This document shows positions 11,414 through 23,019 of a DNA stretch of 64,000 bases, piece by piece. Location: positions 62,001-126,000 of the forward strand of contig NIVC01002902.1 in NCBI GenBank assembly GCA_002269645.1, given 5' to 3'. This DNA is from Macrostomum lignano (Eukaryota). Position numbers and translations under genes: made by a program. The notes under the pieces are model-generated. The model was not told where the DNA came from, did not search any database, and saw only the letters and a list, made by a program, of their open reading frames with translations. The number at the start of each line of letters is the position of its first letter. The first letter of the stretch is position 1.

Positions 11414-14400
11414 ATAGGCCAAAACCTCAGCAGCCGTCGGGCCGTCACCAGCGGCAACATCCGGGCAGTGAGAGCTCATGTGCGGCTTCGACCGGGACAA
11501 ACACGGAAGACCCGCTTTTGCATAGAGAATGCTCGACTGGCTGTATGGCATCGTCAGTGGGAAGTCGTCAAGTTTCTCGTGCCACAAGTCGCTGACCAAG
11601 CAAACAGAGATCGCTGCTGCATCGACGCTGCCGACTCTGCTGCAAGAAATGGTCAGTGGGAAGTCGTCAAGTTTCTCGTGTCACAAGTCGCTGACCAAGC
11701 AAACAGAGATCGCTGCTGCATCGATGCTGCCGAATCTGCTGCAAGAAATGGTCAGTGGGAAGTCGTCAAGTTTCTCGTGTCACAAGTCGCTGACCAAGCA
11801 AACAGAGATCGCTGCTGCATCGATGCTGCCGAATCTGCTGCAAGAAATGGTCAGTGGGAAGTCGTCAAGTTTCTCGTGTCACAAGTCGCTAACCAAGCAA
11901 GCAGAGATCAGTGCTGCATCGACGCTGCGGAATCTGCAGCAACAAATCGTCAGTGGGAAGTCGTCAAGTTTCTCGTGTCACAAGTCGCTGACCAAGCAAA
12001 CACAGATCGCTGCTGCATCGACGCTGCAAAATTTGCTGCAGGATATGGTCACTTAAAAGTCGTCAAGTTTCTCGTGCCACAAGTCGCTGACCAAGCAAAC
12101 AGAGATCGCTGCTGCATCGACGCTGCCGACTCTGCTGCAAGAGATGGTCACTTAGAAGTCGTCAAGTTTCTCGTGTCACAAGTCGCTGACCAAGCAAACA
12201 GAGATCGCTGCTGCATCGACGCTGCCAAATCTGCTGCAAGATATCGTCAGTGGGAAGTCGTCAAGTTTCTCGTGTCACAAGTCGCTGACCAAGCAAACAG
12301 AGATCGCTGCTGCATCGACGCTGCCAAATCTGCTGCAATATGTGGTCACTTAGTAGTCGTCAAGTTTCTCGTGCCACAAGTCGCAAACCAAGCAAACAGA
12401 GATCGCTGCTGCATCGACGCTGGCAAATCTGCTGCAAGATATCGTCAGTGGGAAGTCGTCAAGTTTCTCGTGTCACAAGTCGCTGACCAAGCAAACAGAG
12501 ATCGCTGCTGCATCGACGCTGCAAAATTTGCTGCAGGATATGGTCACTTAAAAGTCGTCAAGTTTCTCGTGCCACAAGTCGCTGACCAAGCAAACAGAGA
12601 TCGCTGCTGCATCGACGCTGCCGACTCTGCTGCAAGAAATGGTCAGTGGGAAGTCGTCAAGTTTCTCGTGTCACAAGTCGCTGACCAAGCAAACAGAGAT
12701 CGCTGCTGCATCGATGCTGCCGAATCTGCTGCAAGAAATGGTCAGTGGGAAGTCGTCAAGTTTCTCGTGTCACAAGTCGCTGACCAAGCAAACAGAGATC
12801 GCTGCTGCATCGATGCTGCCGAATCTGCTGCAAGAAATGGTCAGTGGGAAGTCGTCAAGTTTCTCGTGTCACAAGTCGCTAACCAAGCAAGCAGAGATCA
12901 GTGCTGCATCGACGCTGCGGAATCTGCAGCAACAAATCGTCAGTGGGAAGTCGTCAAGTTTCTCGTGTCACAAGTCGCTGACCAAGCAAACACAGATCGC
13001 TGCTGCATCGACGCTGCAAAATTTGCTGCAGGATATGGTCACTTAAAAGTCGTCAAGTTTCTCGTGCCACAAGTCGCTGACCAAGCAAACAGAGATCGCT
13101 GCTGCATCGACGCTGCCGACTCTGCTGCAAGAGATGGTCACTTAGAAGTCGTCAAGTTTCTCGTGTCACAAGTCGCTGACCAAGCAAACAGAGATCGCTG
13201 CTGCATCGACGCTGCCAAATCTGCTGCAAGATATCGTCAGTGGGAAGTCGTCAAGTTTCTCGTGTCACAAGTCGCTGACCAAGCAAACAGAGATCGCTGC
13301 TGCATCGACGCTGCCAAATCTGCTGCAATATGTGGTCACTTAGTAGTCGTCAAGTTTCTCGTGCCACAAGTCGCAAACCAAGCAAACAGAGATCGCTGCT
13401 GCATCGACGCTGGCAAATCTGCTGCAAGATATCGTCAGTGGGAAGTCGTCAAGTTTCTCGTGTCACAAGTCGCTGACCAAGCAAACAGAGATCGCTGCTG
13501 CATCGACGCTGCAAAATTTGCTGCAGGATATGGTCACTTAAAAGTCGTCAAGTTTCTCGTGCCACAAGTCGCTGACCAAGCAAACAGAGATCGCTGCTGC
13601 ATCGACGCTGCCGACTCTGCTGCAAGAAATGGTCAGTGGGAAGTCGTCAAGTTTCTCGTGTCACAAGTCGCTGACCAAGCAAACAGAGATCGCTGCTGCA
13701 TCGATGCTGCCGAATCTGCTGCAAGAAATGGTCAGTGGGAAGTCGTCAAGTTTCTCGTGTCACAAGTCGCTGACCAAGCAAACAGAGATCGCTGCTGCAT
13801 CGATGCTGCCGAATCTGCTGCAAGAAATGGTCAGTGGGAAGTCGTCAAGTTTCTCGTGTCACAAGTCGCTAACCAAGCAAGCAGAGATCAGTGCTGCATC
13901 GACGCTGCGGAATCTGCAGCAACAAATCGTCAGTGGGAAGTCGTCAAGTTTCTCGTGCCACAAGTCGCTGACCAAGCAAACAGAGATCGCTGCTGCATCG
14001 ACGCTGCCCACTCTGCTGCAAGAAATGGTCAGTGGGAAGTCGTCAAGTTTCTCGTGTCACAAGTCGCTGACCAAGCAAACAGAGATCGCTGCTGCATCAA
14101 AGCTGCTGAATCTGCTGCAAGAAATGGTCAATTAGAGGCTGTAAAGTTCCTCATCTCGTGTCTCTCAAGTCCGGATCAGAAAGCGAATCTGCATTTCCAT
14201 TGCGCAGTCGCGGCTTGCTCTTGTCTTCGCAAAGATGTCGTAACCTTTCTCGGCCTCGAGCCCGACTGGCTCTTCCAATCCAGCTCCATCCTCAGCTTCA
14301 CTGCAGCAATGGCTATCGAAGGCAGGAACTCTGTTCTCAACGACACCCTCTCTCGAATGCAGCCAGCTCACATCACACAGCTGCTCCGTCTTTCCATCTC

Positions 14401-17400
14401 TCAAAGACACGTCGCTCTTGCTGCCACCTTGATCAATGATGAGCGAGTCAGCACAGAGCATGTCGATCTGCCAGACAGCACTGGAGCCACTGCTCTCATG
14501 CTGGCAGCTGATGCAGGTCATCACGAGCTCATTGAGAAACTCATCGATCTCGGTGCGTCAGTGCGTGCTGAAGACAGTCAGGGTCGGACTGCTCTGTCAC
14601 GAGCGTGCGAAGCCGGTCACGTGCGAGCAGCCAAAGCTCTGATGGACAGAGAAGCGGATGCGAGTAATCGAGACGGTAAGGGTCAGACGTGTGCTCAGGT
14701 GGCAGAGCGATTTGAGCAGCGGCAGGTGCTACGGCTGCTGGATCTCAGTGGAGCGGGGTGAGTGCAACGAGAATTTCACAGTTCTTTTCAGTATAGTATT
14801 GTGTTTTACTTGTGTTTTATTCTTTAGTCTTTTGGAATGTTTTTCCTGCTGGCCAATCCTGCTGGTCTTTTCACTACATTAGCTTCATTGCGTTTCATGC
14901 CTCTGCAATTGCCGTCTTTTCTTCTTAAAAGAAAAGTTCCAAATCCCTGCTGGCAGACAGGATGAGCAGCCAAGCCCAGTTCGCGCATCTCTTGCTCACT
15001 GTCTTCTTTCTCTCGGTCATCTGCTGCTGCCCGCCTCTCCCAGTACACAACAATATGTTGTGTACTCTAACAGTACAATATGAGAACCCTGGCTTTCCTA
15101 TCCGCATTGCAGAAGCCCAGAGGCCGGGCAGGCAGCCGCTCACGGCTTGGATTCAAGGCTTCATCGGTGAGTCTGACCGGTACGGCTTTCACTGCCGCAT
15201 TGCGCCTTCCATCAGGCTGGCAGCTTGGGGCAGAAATTGCAGCGAATCTCAGGAGGGTTGAGATTGGGTTGGACTGAGTTCTGCAGCAGCTGCACTCGCA
15301 GCTCTCCTGCTTGAGATGCCAGTCTGAGTGCTGCAGCAGCTGCACTCTCGGCTCTCCTGCTTGAGATGCCAGTCTGAGTGCTGCAGCAGCTGCACTCTCA
15401 GCTCTCCTGCTTGAGATGCCAGTCTGAGTGCTGCAGCAGCTGCACTCTCGGCTCTCCTGCTTGAGATGCCAGTCTGGCACTCTCAGCTCTCCTGCTTGAG
15501 ATGCCAGTCTGAGTGCTGCAGCAGCTGCACTCTCGGCTCTCCTGCTTGAGATGCCAGTCTGAGTGCTGCAGCAGCTGCACTCTCAGCTCTCCTGCTTGAG
15601 ATGCCAGTCTGAGTGCTGCAGCAGCTGCACTCTCGGCTCTCCTGCTTGAGATGCCAGTCTGAGTGCTGCAGCAGCTGCACTCTCGGCTCTCCTGCTTGAG
15701 ATGCCAGTCTGGCACTCTCAGCTCTCCTGCTTGAGATGCCAGTCTGAGTGCTGCAGCAGCTGCAGTCTCAGCTCTCCTGCTTGAGATGCCAGTCTGAGTG
15801 CTGCAGCAGCTGCACTCTCAGCTCTCCTGCTTGAGATGCCAGTCTGGGTGCTGCAGCAGCTGCACTCTCAGCTCTCCTGCTTGAGATGCCAGTCTGAGTT
15901 CTGCAGCAGCTTCACTCTCAGCTTTCCTACTTGAGATGCCAGTCTGAGTGCTTGTTCTGTCCATCCAACTCTGAGCAACTCGGATCATTGCAGGCTCTCA
16001 AACGACTCCCAGCAAGACACGCGCCTGAGCGAGGAGCTGTATCGACTGCTCAACGATGCGGGGTTCACCTGGCAGAGAGCAAAGTGTCAGCAGATACTGG
16101 CTGACTGGCTGGAAGGAGTCGCTCGAGTCCTCACACAGGATCACAGGCAGATGACGGGCAGCTACGCAGAGGGCTGGGCCAACAGTCTGGTGCAAGTGAA
16201 CGGCAGGACAGCTGCAGACTCGGACATTGACTGGACTGTGCTGGTTGCTGGGCAAGAGTTCCATCTGGAAGGTGGCTGCGTTGGAAAAAAAAGTCGGTTG
16301 AAATCCTGCAGAGACGCCACTCGTCTGAAGGTCACGGAAGGCCACGCACAGGTGGCAGTGGGAGCAGGTAAGTGAGGCTGAGTAAATCATACGAAAACGA
16401 CGAGCATCAATCAAACAGTAACTTAAATCAAATATTTTTCATATTTTTCTGAATAATATCAAATGAATACTTTCTCCTTCTGTTCCTCCAGGCGCATCTA
16501 CAAAAATACTTTTCTCCATTCAGTAATAACAGTAGTAGCACTGACACGGGAGCAGAACAAAGTCAATTAACAAAATCAAGCAGTTTCAAACCAACCCATG
16601 TTTTTCACTCCCCTCAAAGCGACTTTCCTCTTATTGCCCTCTGCAGGCAGCCAACCTGCAGCCACAGCCACGGCGTGCGGTGTGCGACCTGCACAGGACA
16701 CATGCCATGCGATCGACTGCTGCAGCAGTTTCTGTGAGGACAGATATAAAAAACTGCTTTCATTCGCTTTTCATGTTCACCTCGTTCGGGCGACCAGACC
16801 GAGCTCGACCAACGAGCTCAGAGTGAGCTTCAGCTTCCATGAGAAATACATCATGAGAGAGCTGAGCACAGTCCAGGGCCAGCTGTTCACACTCATCAAG
16901 TTCATCTTCAAGAAACACTTGCCACTCACTCTGGAGACACCTGGACTCAAGACCTACCATGCAAAGACTCTGCTCTTCACAATGTTGGAGAAGCATGGCA
17001 CATATCCTGAAACTGAGGCTTGGCAGCCCCACAATCTGATCGCTCTGTTAAAGGAGTGTCTTGACATGATGCTGAGCTTCATCGACTCGAGCAGCTCGCC
17101 CGATGAGTGCATGCCGCACTTCTTCATGTCCGACGCTCCGCTCTACTTCAAGAACGCTGGAATCGGCGGCGACTTCGACAACACAAAGGCGAGGGTTCGA
17201 GACCGACTTTTTGAGCTGAGAAGCGACATCAGCGGAGTGGTCGAGCAGTTGAGGAGACACGTGGGACCTCTGCAGTCAGAGAAGTTCTACTTTCACATGT
17301 TCACTCTGCTGCCTCTGACAGCGCCGCCTGCTGTCACGGAGATCAGGAAAGGAATTTGGAGTTCAGAAATGTACTACAAGTTCGCAGACGTGTACAGTGT

Positions 17401-18070
17401 GGTGCACCAGTGTGTGAGCGAGCTGCAGTCGGAATCGAGCGACAGAGACATCCTGATGAGGCAGCTCAGTCTCCTGCAAAATAATTGGCTGCAGTGGTGC
17501 AGGTGCGCCGCCTTGAGCATGACCGCCATGGCGCATTTGAAGTTCGGAGAATCTGAGGAGGCTGAGAGACTCGCGATGGAGCTGCAGAGACATCAGGTCG
17601 AGTCAGGGTTGAAGCCACAAGATATTCAAGGGTCTGAATTCAGCCCAAGAAAATTGCCAAAAGACTCAGACTGGGCGTGGAGGTTCTGCCTCCCCTGCGA
17701 CTCTCCGCCTTGCTTCCCATTCCTTCCCGAATTCACGCAGACTCTGTTCACAGCCAGACTGTCGCAGCCTCTCTCCTCCCACCTGTACGTGAACTTCCGC
17801 TGCCTGAGCTGGAGTCTCCAAGCTGAGCTGCTCCGCAATCGCGCACCTGCAATCGCATTCGATCATTGGATTGAGCAGCTGCTTGGAGACCCGGACTTGG
17901 AGGAGCTGCTCACTCTGGCTCACTACAGCGACTGCCGCGAGCACGTGGAGCTCAGCCTGCAGCAGATGGAGATGATCGAGAAAGAGAGACGCGTCGCCAT
18001 GGAGACGCAGGACGAGGAGAAGATCGGCTGGGTCAGGCAGAAGCTGGAGAGACTTGATGCAGCAGCTTGA
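11414..18070 (+). CDS. Ankyrin-repeat + Mab-21/cGAS-like nucleotidyltransferase (ANK-cGLR), copy A; exons ~11414-14757, 15113-15166, 15994-16367, 16647-18070; start uncertain
   Basis: Canonical donors (GTGAGT, GTGAGT, GTAAGT) and CAG acceptors with matching phases 2, 2, 1 give one continuous frame (5142 nt from 11468). NTase motifs TGSYAEG..DSDID and QDTCHAI; Mab-21 motifs ELRVSFSFHEK and LKTYHAKTLLF. The position of B's ATG is ATA here. Confidence 0.75.
11468..14757 (+). CDS. Ankyrin-repeat exon of ANK-cGLR A: 27 x 33-aa repeats plus canonical C-terminal ankyrin repeats
   Basis: 99-bp tandem units (AARNGQWEVVKFLV ankyrin-like helix pair), then GATALMLAADAGHHELIEKLIDLGA and GRTALSRACEAGHVRAAKALM. 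The ORF-track stop at 14761 lies inside a GTGAGT donor. Confidence 0.92.
15282..15950. repeat. ~50-bp intronic minisatellite (CTGCACTCTCAGCTCTCCTGCTTGAGATGCCAGTCTGAGTGCTGCAGCAG)n, ~13 units
   Basis: Direct array with some shortened units, inside the predicted intron 15167-15993. Confidence 0.95.
15994..18070 (+). CDS. Mab-21/cGLR catalytic and C-terminal helical exons, copy A
   Basis: hGS..DxD signature, third acidic residue in QDTCHAIDC, CMPHFFM motif, helical/TPR-like C-terminus; intron 16368-16646. Confidence 0.88.
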
Positions 18071-18262
18071 GTTTAACTCGTAATTTTGTAGGCTTCTCTG
18101 GCTTTTGCGCGAGTTTGTAAAGAAGTTGTACCGTACATATTGTGTGGCTTTAAATATTGTGTGTACATGCTCATAAATTTTAGGCACATACTCCCAGAAT
18201 CAGCTCAATCAGTCTGAAAATTGATTTCATCACCTACTTTTATTATGCACCCATGTACCCCG

Positions 18263-18585
18263 CAGTGACTGACAGCCTGACAGCTCCCTCATGAACAATC
18301 ACTGACTGACAGCCTGACAGCTCTCTCATGAACATTCAGTCACTGACAGGCTGACAGCTCCCTCATGAACATTCAGTGACTGAGAGCCTGACAGCTCCCT
18401 CATGAGCATTCAGTGACTGACAGCCTGACAGCTCCCTCATTAACATTCACTGACTGACAGCCTGACAGCTCCCTCATGAACATTCAGTGACTGACAGGCT
18501 GACAGCTCCCTCATGAACATTCAGTGACTGACAGCCTGACAGCTCCCTCATGAACATTCAGTGACTGACAGCCTGACAGCTCCCA
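18263..18585. repeat. 37-bp minisatellite (CAGTGACTGACAGCCTGACAGCTCCCTCATGAACATT)n
   Basis: About 8-9 direct units; only one partial unit at the matching site in copy B (~36824). Confidence 0.93.
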
Positions 18586-19123
18586 TTGTCTCCCTCCTCT
18601 CCTCTCTGCTGAAATCTCCCATTACAATTTGAACCTCATTGGCTCAAATGATAAGCATTGCACTCATCAAATCTCAACCATTTCATCTTGTGTATATTAA
18701 TTATAAACTTCAACTCGCTATTGTTAGTTTTGCCTACAAATATACTCAGCACAAACAATATAACATGGATAGAAAAACAGTTTTCGCAGTCTGCTACTGT
18801 CAGTAGAGTTGAAGACATTCGCAGCCTGAAACAAAGGCCACTGCAGCCTCATCCGGCATGCAGTTTCTAAATCAACATCCAGTGCGAACTTCAGCCGGCC
18901 ATCCGGGATACCAGGAGGCTGCTGCAGATCCCCCAAGTCATTGCAATTTGCCTTTCTCGACTCCCCCTCAGGCAGCAGAGATGCCGCGCACTGATAAGCT
19001 GGAGCCGATCATCAGCCAAGGGCCACCACGGGAGCGGGACACGAAGCCCCCCTCTCCCTTCCTTTTGCCCCATCCGATTTCGTCACAAATCCTCACCATC
19101 ATTAGGAGGCTGGTAGGTATTAT

Positions 19124-19985
19124 TCTCCTCTCCTCTCCTCTCCTCTCCTCTCCTCTCCTCTCCTCTCCTCTCCTCTCCTCTCCTCTCCTCTCCTCTCTTC
19201 TCCTCTCCTCTCCTCTCCTCTCCTTTCCTCTCCTCTCCTCTCCTCTTCTCTTCTCTGCTCTGCTCTGCTCTCCTCTCCTATCCTCTCCTCTCCTCTCCTC
19301 TCCTCTCCTCTCCTCTCCTCTCCTCTCCTCTCCTCTCCTCTCCTCTCCTCTCCTCTCCTCTCCTCTCCACTCCTCTCCTCTCCTCTCCTCTCCTCTCCTT
19401 TCCTCTCCTCTCCTCTCCTCTCCTCTCCTATCCTCTCCTCTCCTCTCCTCTCCTCTCCTCTCCTCTCCACTCCTCTCCTCTCCTCTCCTCTCCTCTCCTC
19501 TCCTCTCTTCTCCTCTCCTCTCCTCTCCTCTCCTTTCCTCTCCTCTCCTCTCCTCTTCTCTTCTCTGCTCTGCTCTGCTCTCCTCTCCTATCCTCTCCTC
19601 TCCTCTCCTCTCCTCTCCTCTCCTCTCCTCTCCTCTCCTCTCCTCTCCTCTCCTCTCCTCTCCTCTCCACTCCTCTCCTCTCCTCTCCTCTCCTCTCCTC
19701 TCCTTTCCTCTCCTCTCCTCTCCTCTCCTCTCCTCTCCTATCCTCTCCTCTCCTCTCCTCTCCTCTCCACTCCTCTCCTCTCCTCTCCTCTCTGCTCCTC
19801 TCCTCTTCTCTCCTTTCCTCTCCTCTCCTCTCCTCTCTTCTCTTCTCCTCTTCTCTCCTCTCCTCTTCTCTCCTCTCCTCTCCGCTCCTCTCCGCTCCTC
19901 TCCGCTCCTTTCCTCTCCTCTCCTCTCCTCTCCTCTCCTCTCCTCTCCGCTCCTCTCCTCTCCTCTTCTCTCCTCTCCGCTTCTC
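19124..19985. repeat. (CTCTC/TCCTC)n pentanucleotide microsatellite
   Basis: Direct array between the two duplication copies. Confidence 0.97.
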
Positions 19986-20372
19986 TCTATATTGCCTTTT
20001 TATAACGTCCTTATCTTCACTCTTATGGCTGAGGCGTGTCTGTCAGTCACGGTTTCTTACATCATCGATCCGTCTCCAAATTTTTCCAATCCCCCAATTC
20101 TCTGGCCGAGTCGCTGACTACGAGTATACCGATGATCTTGCTTCTCTCAATTGCAATTAGTCCCATCTTTCTCCCATGAATTTAAGCCCTGATCACGAAA
20201 CAATTGCAGGTTTCGATTTGCAAATCGAATTGAGCTTTGGTCAAATAATACGCGGAGTAGACAGGTCCTTTTATAGGATTCTCCAAATGCCTCGCCTTGA
20301 CAATAGCGCGCATTAGCAGTGTTTAGAGTGGATCCGCACTGCCCTGGCAAGTATATTGGAGTTGCATTGATT

Positions 20373-20545
20373 GAGTTGGATGCAGCCCAGCCATAGAGTC
20401 AGATACAGGTGCAGGTGCAGATGGAGGTTGAGTTGGATGCAGCCCAGCCATAGAGTCAGATACAGGTGCAGGTGCAGATGGAGGTTGAGTTGTATGCAGC
20501 CCAGCCATAGAGTCAGATACAGGTGCAGGCACAGATGGAGGCTGA
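20373..20545. repeat. 57-bp unit x3
   Basis: Units start at 20373, 20430 and 20487; a single related unit lies at ~1660-1710. Confidence 0.9.
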
Positions 20546-21329
20546 GCTACTCGTAGATAGGTCCCGTTGCTAGGCGTGATCCGTGGTCGCTATTGATCGG
20601 GTCGCTTTTACAAATACTACACTTCACAACGTCAACAAAACTTGTATCAGACTGCACAAACTCTAACTTTCTCAAGTCATAATTTCCACATGCCCTAAAT
20701 TTTGCAACACCTAAAACTGAATGTGAAGGTGAGAAGCAGAGATTTTAGGTTAGTGAAATTTAGGGCTTGTAAAATTTCGAATTCGTAAATCTGTTCTCCT
20801 TTTTGAAACTTTTTACCCATTTAAAGCTACTGAAAGTAGCAAGTCGTAAAACATTACTGCGGCAGTCAGGTTACAGGTTGATAAAGCTTGAAGATGTTCC
20901 CAGCTGACGTCGAATGACGAGACGTCCAACATGCAGCTCTCTAATTAGCTATACTGAGCTCGGTCTGCCAGCGAAGACGTGCCTGAAAACAATGCTTGTT
21001 TTTTAAACCAGAGCGACACTGGAAACACAAAATAACAGCTTCCCGTGAGCTGTCAGCTTTTCGGCTCTCGATTTATCCGTCGCCATCTTCTGTCTCTAAA
21101 TTGAATTTTCTGCCCCTAAATTTCAAGCGGTCGCACAGTGAATTTCAGATTGAGGACAGCAGAGATTAAACAAAAAAGGAAAGAAAAGACTCGTTTCCAA
21201 GGCAACCGGAGAACAATAAATGCGACAAGCACATTATAAATGCATTTACTTTCAAGCGCTCCGAAAGCCGATCCTGACTAATTAAGCCAGTGAATTTCTG
21301 TTTCAAAAGACTCAAAGCACCTTGACGAC

Positions 21330-22094
21330 ATGCGGCTGTCAAACGGTCTCGCTGTTTGCCTCGCCCTGACGTGGGCGAGCCTTCAAGGCTGCGCGGCTTC
21401 CGAGCCCGTCCAGCCACTCGAGTTTCGCTACGTTGGCTGCTATAAAGACGGCGACAGTCGCGATCTCAAAGGACTTTTAGGAATTTTTCACTATGGCCCC
21501 TACGAAATGTCAACATTTTCTCCGGGCTTCGTTGAAGGCCGATTCACAATGACTCTGGAAATGTGCAACCAGATTTGCTCCTACGGTCGGTTCCGCTACT
21601 TCGGAACTCAGTACTTTTACTTCTGCGGCTGCAGCTCATCCATCGGATCCTTCAGCAAAGCGGCAGAGGAGGAATGCGATTCCAGTTGCCATGGAAACTC
21701 GCTGCAGGTGTGCGGCGGCGCAATGAGAAACTCGATTTACGAAGTCACCTACTCACCGAGTAAGATGAGCGGCAGATTCAGTCTGCTTCAAGTGTTTGAG
21801 TCAATCAGTGGTTTTACAAAATTTGATTCCAACCCACCCACAGCTCGATCGAAGCTGACGAAGCTGCCGATTGCGTCCGTTCCCAGCATCTCCGCCGACT
21901 CCTCGTACGGCTCCATCACCCACAGCTCCACGGTGACGGGCACCGCCATCCAGTGCGCTGCCGCCTGCCAGCGCAGCCCGGACTGCCTTGGCTGCGCCTT
22001 CGTGGCCTCGAGCCGCGTGTGCCGCCTGCTGAAGTTCTTCGCTGTGCCCGCCGAGGTGGCCAGTGAAGTTGAGCACGTCTGGATGAAGCTGTGA
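21330..22094 (+). CDS. Secreted WSC + PAN/apple-like protein 1B (exons 21330-21759, 21844-22094)
   Basis: Near-identical paralogue of 2186..2951. The intron is 84 nt and stop-free, so the unspliced ORF also reads through. Confidence 0.88.
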   Translation: MRLSNGLAVCLALTWASLQGCAASEPVQPLEFRYVGCYKDGDSRDLKGLLGIFHYGPYEMSTFSPGFVEGRFTMTLEMCNQICSYGRFRYFGTQYFYFCGCSSSIGSFSKAAEEECDSSCHGNSLQVCGGAMRNSIYEVTYSPSKMSGRFSLLQVFESISGFTKFDSNPPTARSKLTKLPIASVPSISADSSYGSITHSSTVTGTAIQCAAACQRSPDCLGCAFVASSRVCRLLKFFAVPAEVASEVEHVWMKL

Positions 22095-23019
22095 AGAGAG
22101 TAGTAAAAATGAAGGGACGCCGACCGCAGTTACTGGTCTGTTGATATGCGGAAGTTAAAAACTGAATTACGCTCTACTCGTAATTGTGCTACCATCCTGT
22201 TGTTTACGATGGCTATCAGGTCTCCTAAAAATCTGCGGTTCCGATATTCTGGATTTCAAATCAAATAAAAAGTTCGACGCATACAGTTAAAGACTGTTGA
22301 AGCACCTGGCAAACAGCTTTCATTACAGACACAGTTCTCTTATGCATCAAGGAAGGTTTGGAGACTGAATAAATCAACCAAACATTTTAGCGGAAACTAA
22401 ATGACTCCTATCTGTATTAAATCACCTTCCCGTTTAAAACATACTCCTCACTTGAGCAAATCAATTAGACTCTTGAGAGCCTTTTGCTGCCATTGTTCAA
22501 TTCGGCGTTAATTGAAGGCGCAAAAAATGCTTTCATGTTGCCATAAATGGTGAGCTCACAATGAACCACTTAAGTAAGCGCATCGCTTCCTAGAACGCAT
22601 CATAGCGTTAATTAAAAGTCAATCCCGAAATTAATTTTCATAGATCAGTATCCCAACCGACCCTTCTAAGAGGCCCACCTGTCGGCTTTGCCTCTAATGG
22701 ACTGCAGAGGTTGGGCTTTGAGAGACGCATTTTCCTTACTTCAATTTGCCTGCAGTCTCATTGTAGAATGTGCTGAAAATAAATTCTATCTCGATGAAAA
22801 CAGCACTTAAGCCAAGAAGCGTCCTAAAGTCACTTGCGTCGAAGCAGAGTCGTTTTAGGGTCGATGCAGGTAACACCGGTAAAAAAGGAAAGAAGTGACT
22901 TTAGACGACTCAAAGCAACAACATACCATGGTACAAGCGTAAGAAGTCGCCAAAAGTTGTCAAAGAGTCGCTAAAGAGTGATTTCGATGCGTTTTATTGT
23001 CTGCGACGCTGAAACGACT

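Larger units (their letters stand above)
1655..18600 (+). repeat. Segmental duplication, copy A (WSC-PAN x2 + ANK-cGLR)
   Basis: Colinear, high-identity match to ~20365..36860 over genes, introns and intergenic DNA, with copy-specific blocks (A ~3870-5410 and ~9200-10590). Boundaries are approximate. Confidence 0.9.

Noticed and set aside
11529-14135. Alternative-frame ORFs (MVSGKSSSFSCHKSL...) over the ankyrin array
   Set aside because: By-products of 99-bp periodicity; no independent start, splice or domain evidence.
18858-20117. 419-aa Ser/Pro/Leu ORF and antisense ERRGE ORFs
   Set aside because: Translation of the CTCTC microsatellite.
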